A stretch of DNA of 64,000 nt. It comes from Zancudomyces culisetae HAW-14-8. Taxonomy: Eukaryota > Fungi > Kickxellomycota. The notes below the pieces were generated by a model that saw nothing but the letters and a program-made list of their open reading frames with translations, made no database searches and was not told where the DNA came from. The DNA is taken from contig JBNJNM010000006.1 in assembly GCA_052426225.1 (NCBI GenBank), positions 434,001 through 498,000 of the forward strand, in the 5' to 3' direction. Within the stretch, counting starts at the first letter, position 1; every line of letters begins with the position of its first letter. Made by a program: the position numbers and the translations under genes. This document shows positions 61,154 to 64,000 of the stretch, piece after piece.

Positions 61154-62722
61154 ATGCCACAAGCTCAAACAACATCACAAGCAAGCACCAACGGAACCTT
61201 CGTCAAGGTCAATTCGGCTAATGTTAGATACACCGAAACAGCCATTGAATCCGACTACTACTATGACAAGACAATCGTCAGTCAGGATGGTAGCGGTATG
61301 CTCTCCGCAAGCCCAGTCAAGGTACACTACCAATTCCGAACCAAAAAGGAAACCGGAAAGGTAGGTATTATGCTTGTAGGTTGGGGAGGAAACAATGGTA
61401 CAACCATTACTGCATCAGTGTTGGCTAACAAGCACAACGTCACATGGACCACCAGAAGAGGCGTACAGCAACCAAACTACTATGGATCAGTGATGCTAGC
61501 ATCTACAGTCAAGTTGGGAGTAGCTGAGGATGGAAGCGACGTAACCGTTCCATTCAACAGTCTGGTACCTATGGTACACCCTAACGAGATTGTGTTTGGA
61601 GGATGGGATATCAGTGGAATGAATTTGGGAGATGCAATGACAAGAGCACAGGTTCTTCCATACGATTTGCAACGCCAGTTGTATGATCTCATGCGCGAAT
61701 ACAAACCACTTCCATCAATCTACTACCCAGACTTTATTGCTGCCAACCAGTCCGAGCGTGCAGATAATGTATTGAAGGGATCAAAACAGGAAAACCTCGA
61801 ACAGATCCGTAAGGACATCCGCGACTTCAAAGCCAACAACGGGCTCGACAAGGTGATTGTTCTCTGGACAGCAAACACCGAAAGATACGCAGACATCATT
61901 GCTGGAGTCAACGACACTGCCGACAACTTGTTGCAAGCTATTGCATCAGGCCACTCTGAGGTTTCACCATCAACCATCTTCGCTGTTGCCTCCATTCTTG
62001 AAGGTGCTCCATTTGTCAACGGTTCCCCCCAAAACACTTTGGTTCCAGGTGTCATTGAGTTATCCGCAAGCAAGAACTGCTTTGTAGGAGGTGATGATTT
62101 CAAGACTGGACAAACCAAAATCAAGTCAGTTTTGACTGAATTTTTGGTCAACGCTGGAATTAAGCCTGTTGCTATTACCAGCTACAACCACTTGGGTAAC
62201 AACGATGGCTACAACCTCTCTGCTCCTGCTCAATTCCGTTCTAAAGAAATCAGTAAGAGCAACGTAGTCGACGACATGGTCTCTGCCAACCACCTTCTCT
62301 ATAAGAAGGGCGAGCACCCCGATCACACCATCGTCATCAAGTATGTTCCTTCCGTTGGTGACTCAAAGCGCGCTCTCGACGAATACGTCTCCGAGATCTT
62401 CATGGGTGGTCTCAGCACCATTTCCATCTACAACACTTGTGAGGATTCTCTTCTTGCCTCTCCTCTCATCTTGGACTTGTTCATGGTCACTGAATTGATG
62501 ACCCGTGTTGAATACCGTGTTGATTCAAGCGCCAACTGGGAACCATTCCATTCTGTTCTCTCTATCCTGTCCTACATGCTCAAGGCTCCTGTTGTTCCTC
62601 CAAACACACCAGTAGTCAATGCTCTTTCCAAGCAAAGAGCTGCCATGGAAAACATCATGCGTGCATTCATTGGCTTGCCTCCAAACAACGATATGCTTCT
62701 TGAACATGTAACTAAGCAATAA
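61154..62722 (+). CDS. INO1: Myo-inositol-1-phosphate synthase
   Basis: MIPS signature motifs [33 protein letters not shown]; 522 aa. Confidence 0.97.
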   Translation: MPQAQTTSQASTNGTFVKVNSANVRYTETAIESDYYYDKTIVSQDGSGMLSASPVKVHYQFRTKKETGKVGIMLVGWGGNNGTTITASVLANKHNVTWTTRRGVQQPNYYGSVMLASTVKLGVAEDGSDVTVPFNSLVPMVHPNEIVFGGWDISGMNLGDAMTRAQVLPYDLQRQLYDLMREYKPLPSIYYPDFIAANQSERADNVLKGSKQENLEQIRKDIRDFKANNGLDKVIVLWTANTERYADIIAGVNDTADNLLQAIASGHSEVSPSTIFAVASILEGAPFVNGSPQNTLVPGVIELSASKNCFVGGDDFKTGQTKIKSVLTEFLVNAGIKPVAITSYNHLGNNDGYNLSAPAQFRSKEISKSNVVDDMVSANHLLYKKGEHPDHTIVIKYVPSVGDSKRALDEYVSEIFMGGLSTISIYNTCEDSLLASPLILDLFMVTELMTRVEYRVDSSANWEPFHSVLSILSYMLKAPVVPPNTPVVNALSKQRAAMENIMRAFIGLPPNNDMLLEHVTKQ

Positions 62723-63197
62723 TCCCATTTGCTCATACTTTTTTTTGACTTTTTTTTTTGTTTTCAAATTGGTAAATAAAACTTTTTTTTTTGGTCGCAT
62801 TCAACCCCCCATATTCTTTTTTTTTTGTCGACCTTGAAATTCGATTTAATTCCATGATATTCCACGAACCAGGAATTCCACAACACACCATATCCAAAAT
62901 ATCGATTTTTGCGTCCAGGAAAGAAAAAAAGAAAGAAGTGGAGGAGGAGAGGAAAGAGAGGGAAAAAAAAAGTTAGAATGGGTGTGTGCAAATAAACACA
63001 GCCAAAATGCCCCCCACAAGCCTGATGCACCCAACAGTCAAAACTTTTTGGCTATATAACTACCATTTTGAACGAACTCTTTTTCTTCCTGTTTTGAACC
63101 AGACGACTATCATTTCAAACAAATATTATATTTGTCCATTTTGGTAGACACCTTTAGTAAATCGTATCATTCTAACAGATAAAAACTCGAAGCAAGG

Positions 63198-64000
63198 ATG
63201 GAGCAAGTAGAAATGTTGAATCCAGAAAACCCTAGGGTTTTCCTTGACATCACTGTAGGCGGAGAATTTGTAGGACGCATATTGATAGAACTGTATTCTG
63301 ACAAAGTCCCCAAAACCTGCGACAACTTCAAAACACTGTGTGTCGGAAACGAAGTATCGAAAGTCAGTGGAAGACAACTGAGTTTCAAGGACAGCTCCTT
63401 CCACAGAGTGATAAAGAAATTCATGATTCAGGGTGGAGATTTTACTGCCGGAAACGGCACTGGTGGCGAAAGCATCTACGGGGAGAAATTTGAAGACGAA
63501 GCCTTTGTCTACAATCACGATAAGCCATTCCTACTTAGCATGGCCAATGCTGGTCCAAACACCAATGGGTCGCAGTTCTTCATAACCACTGTCCCAACTC
63601 CACATTTGGATGGTAAACATGTAGTGTTTGGTCAAGTACTGAAAGGGTTTGATGTGGTTCGTGAAATCGAAAACACAAAGACCGATAGTAACGATAGACC
63701 CTTAAAGGAGTGCCTAATATCCGACTGTGGGGTATTAGAAAGCGGAGCTGATGATCAAGTAGATAAACTAAACTACTTGGAAGGTGATATTTACCCAGCA
63801 TATCCAGAAGATTACAAATTGGACAGAGATGAGGATGACGCTATTCCAGCCAAAAAAGTGCTTGAAATCAGTTCCAGGCTTAAAGATTCGGGTACTAGCT
63901 ACCTAAAGAAGGGTGAGTACAAGTCAGCTTTGAAGCTGTTCACCAAGGCTATCCGCTACATGGATGAATACCCTGTATTTGATACTACCGTTGATCCCGA
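63198..64000 (+). CDS. CPR6: Cyclophilin-40 type peptidyl-prolyl isomerase (cyclophilin + TPR), truncated by window end
   Basis: [32 protein letters not shown]...VPKTCDNF...[15 protein letters not shown]...[18 protein letters not shown], then TPR-like [27 protein letters not shown]. Frame is open to 64000. Confidence 0.92.
   Translation, partial: MEQVEMLNPENPRVFLDITVGGEFVGRILIELYSDKVPKTCDNFKTLCVGNEVSKVSGRQLSFKDSSFHRVIKKFMIQGGDFTAGNGTGGESIYGEKFEDEAFVYNHDKPFLLSMANAGPNTNGSQFFITTVPTPHLDGKHVVFGQVLKGFDVVREIENTKTDSNDRPLKECLISDCGVLESGADDQVDKLNYLEGDIYPAYPEDYKLDRDEDDAIPAKKVLEISSRLKDSGTSYLKKGEYKSALKLFTKAIRYMDEYPVFDTTVDP

Noticed and set aside
31249-62722. Inositol cluster (INPP5 + INO1)
   Set aside because: About 26 kb and four unrelated genes apart; no evidence of linkage.
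1-64000. Prokaryotic systems, CRISPR arrays, tRNA/rRNA/snRNA genes, transposons
   Set aside because: The window is eukaryotic. No repeat-spacer arrays, tRNA arms, transposase/RT motifs or terminal repeats were recognised by eye; small ncRNAs could have been missed.

Overview
AT-rich, intron-containing eukaryotic DNA that looks fungal. The gene set, short GT-AG introns, an intronless F-box/ankyrin gene and secreted trypsins suggest an early-diverging lineage such as Zoopagomycota/Harpellales; this placement is an inference. I reconstructed 17 protein-coding genes. Two of them, thiamine pyrophosphokinase and Nas2/PSMD9, are multi-exon genes represented in the ORF track only by fragments. In order: Ash1-type GATA factor, an orphan 3-exon gene, NAD-IDH catalytic subunit, a divergent H2B/H2A pair, a probably GPI-anchored trypsin, Pif1, TPK, Nas2, a myristoylation-motif RING-H2 E3, an OCRL-like inositol 5-phosphatase without RhoGAP, a USP8/Doa4 deubiquitinase, a frameshifted F-box-ankyrin gene, a second trypsin, Itc1/Acf1, INO1 and a cyclophilin-40 cut by the window end. 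I saw no tRNA, rRNA, CRISPR or transposon. The most notable signals are: (1) A-rich (AAATAG) 3' splice sites that appear to be used in preference to textbook polypyrimidine-AG sites; (2) a 5'-purine to 3'-pyrimidine gradient in synonymous codons inside many genes; (3) the frameshift-split F-box-ankyrin gene; (4) E2F-type and SCB-type sites together in the histone promoter.
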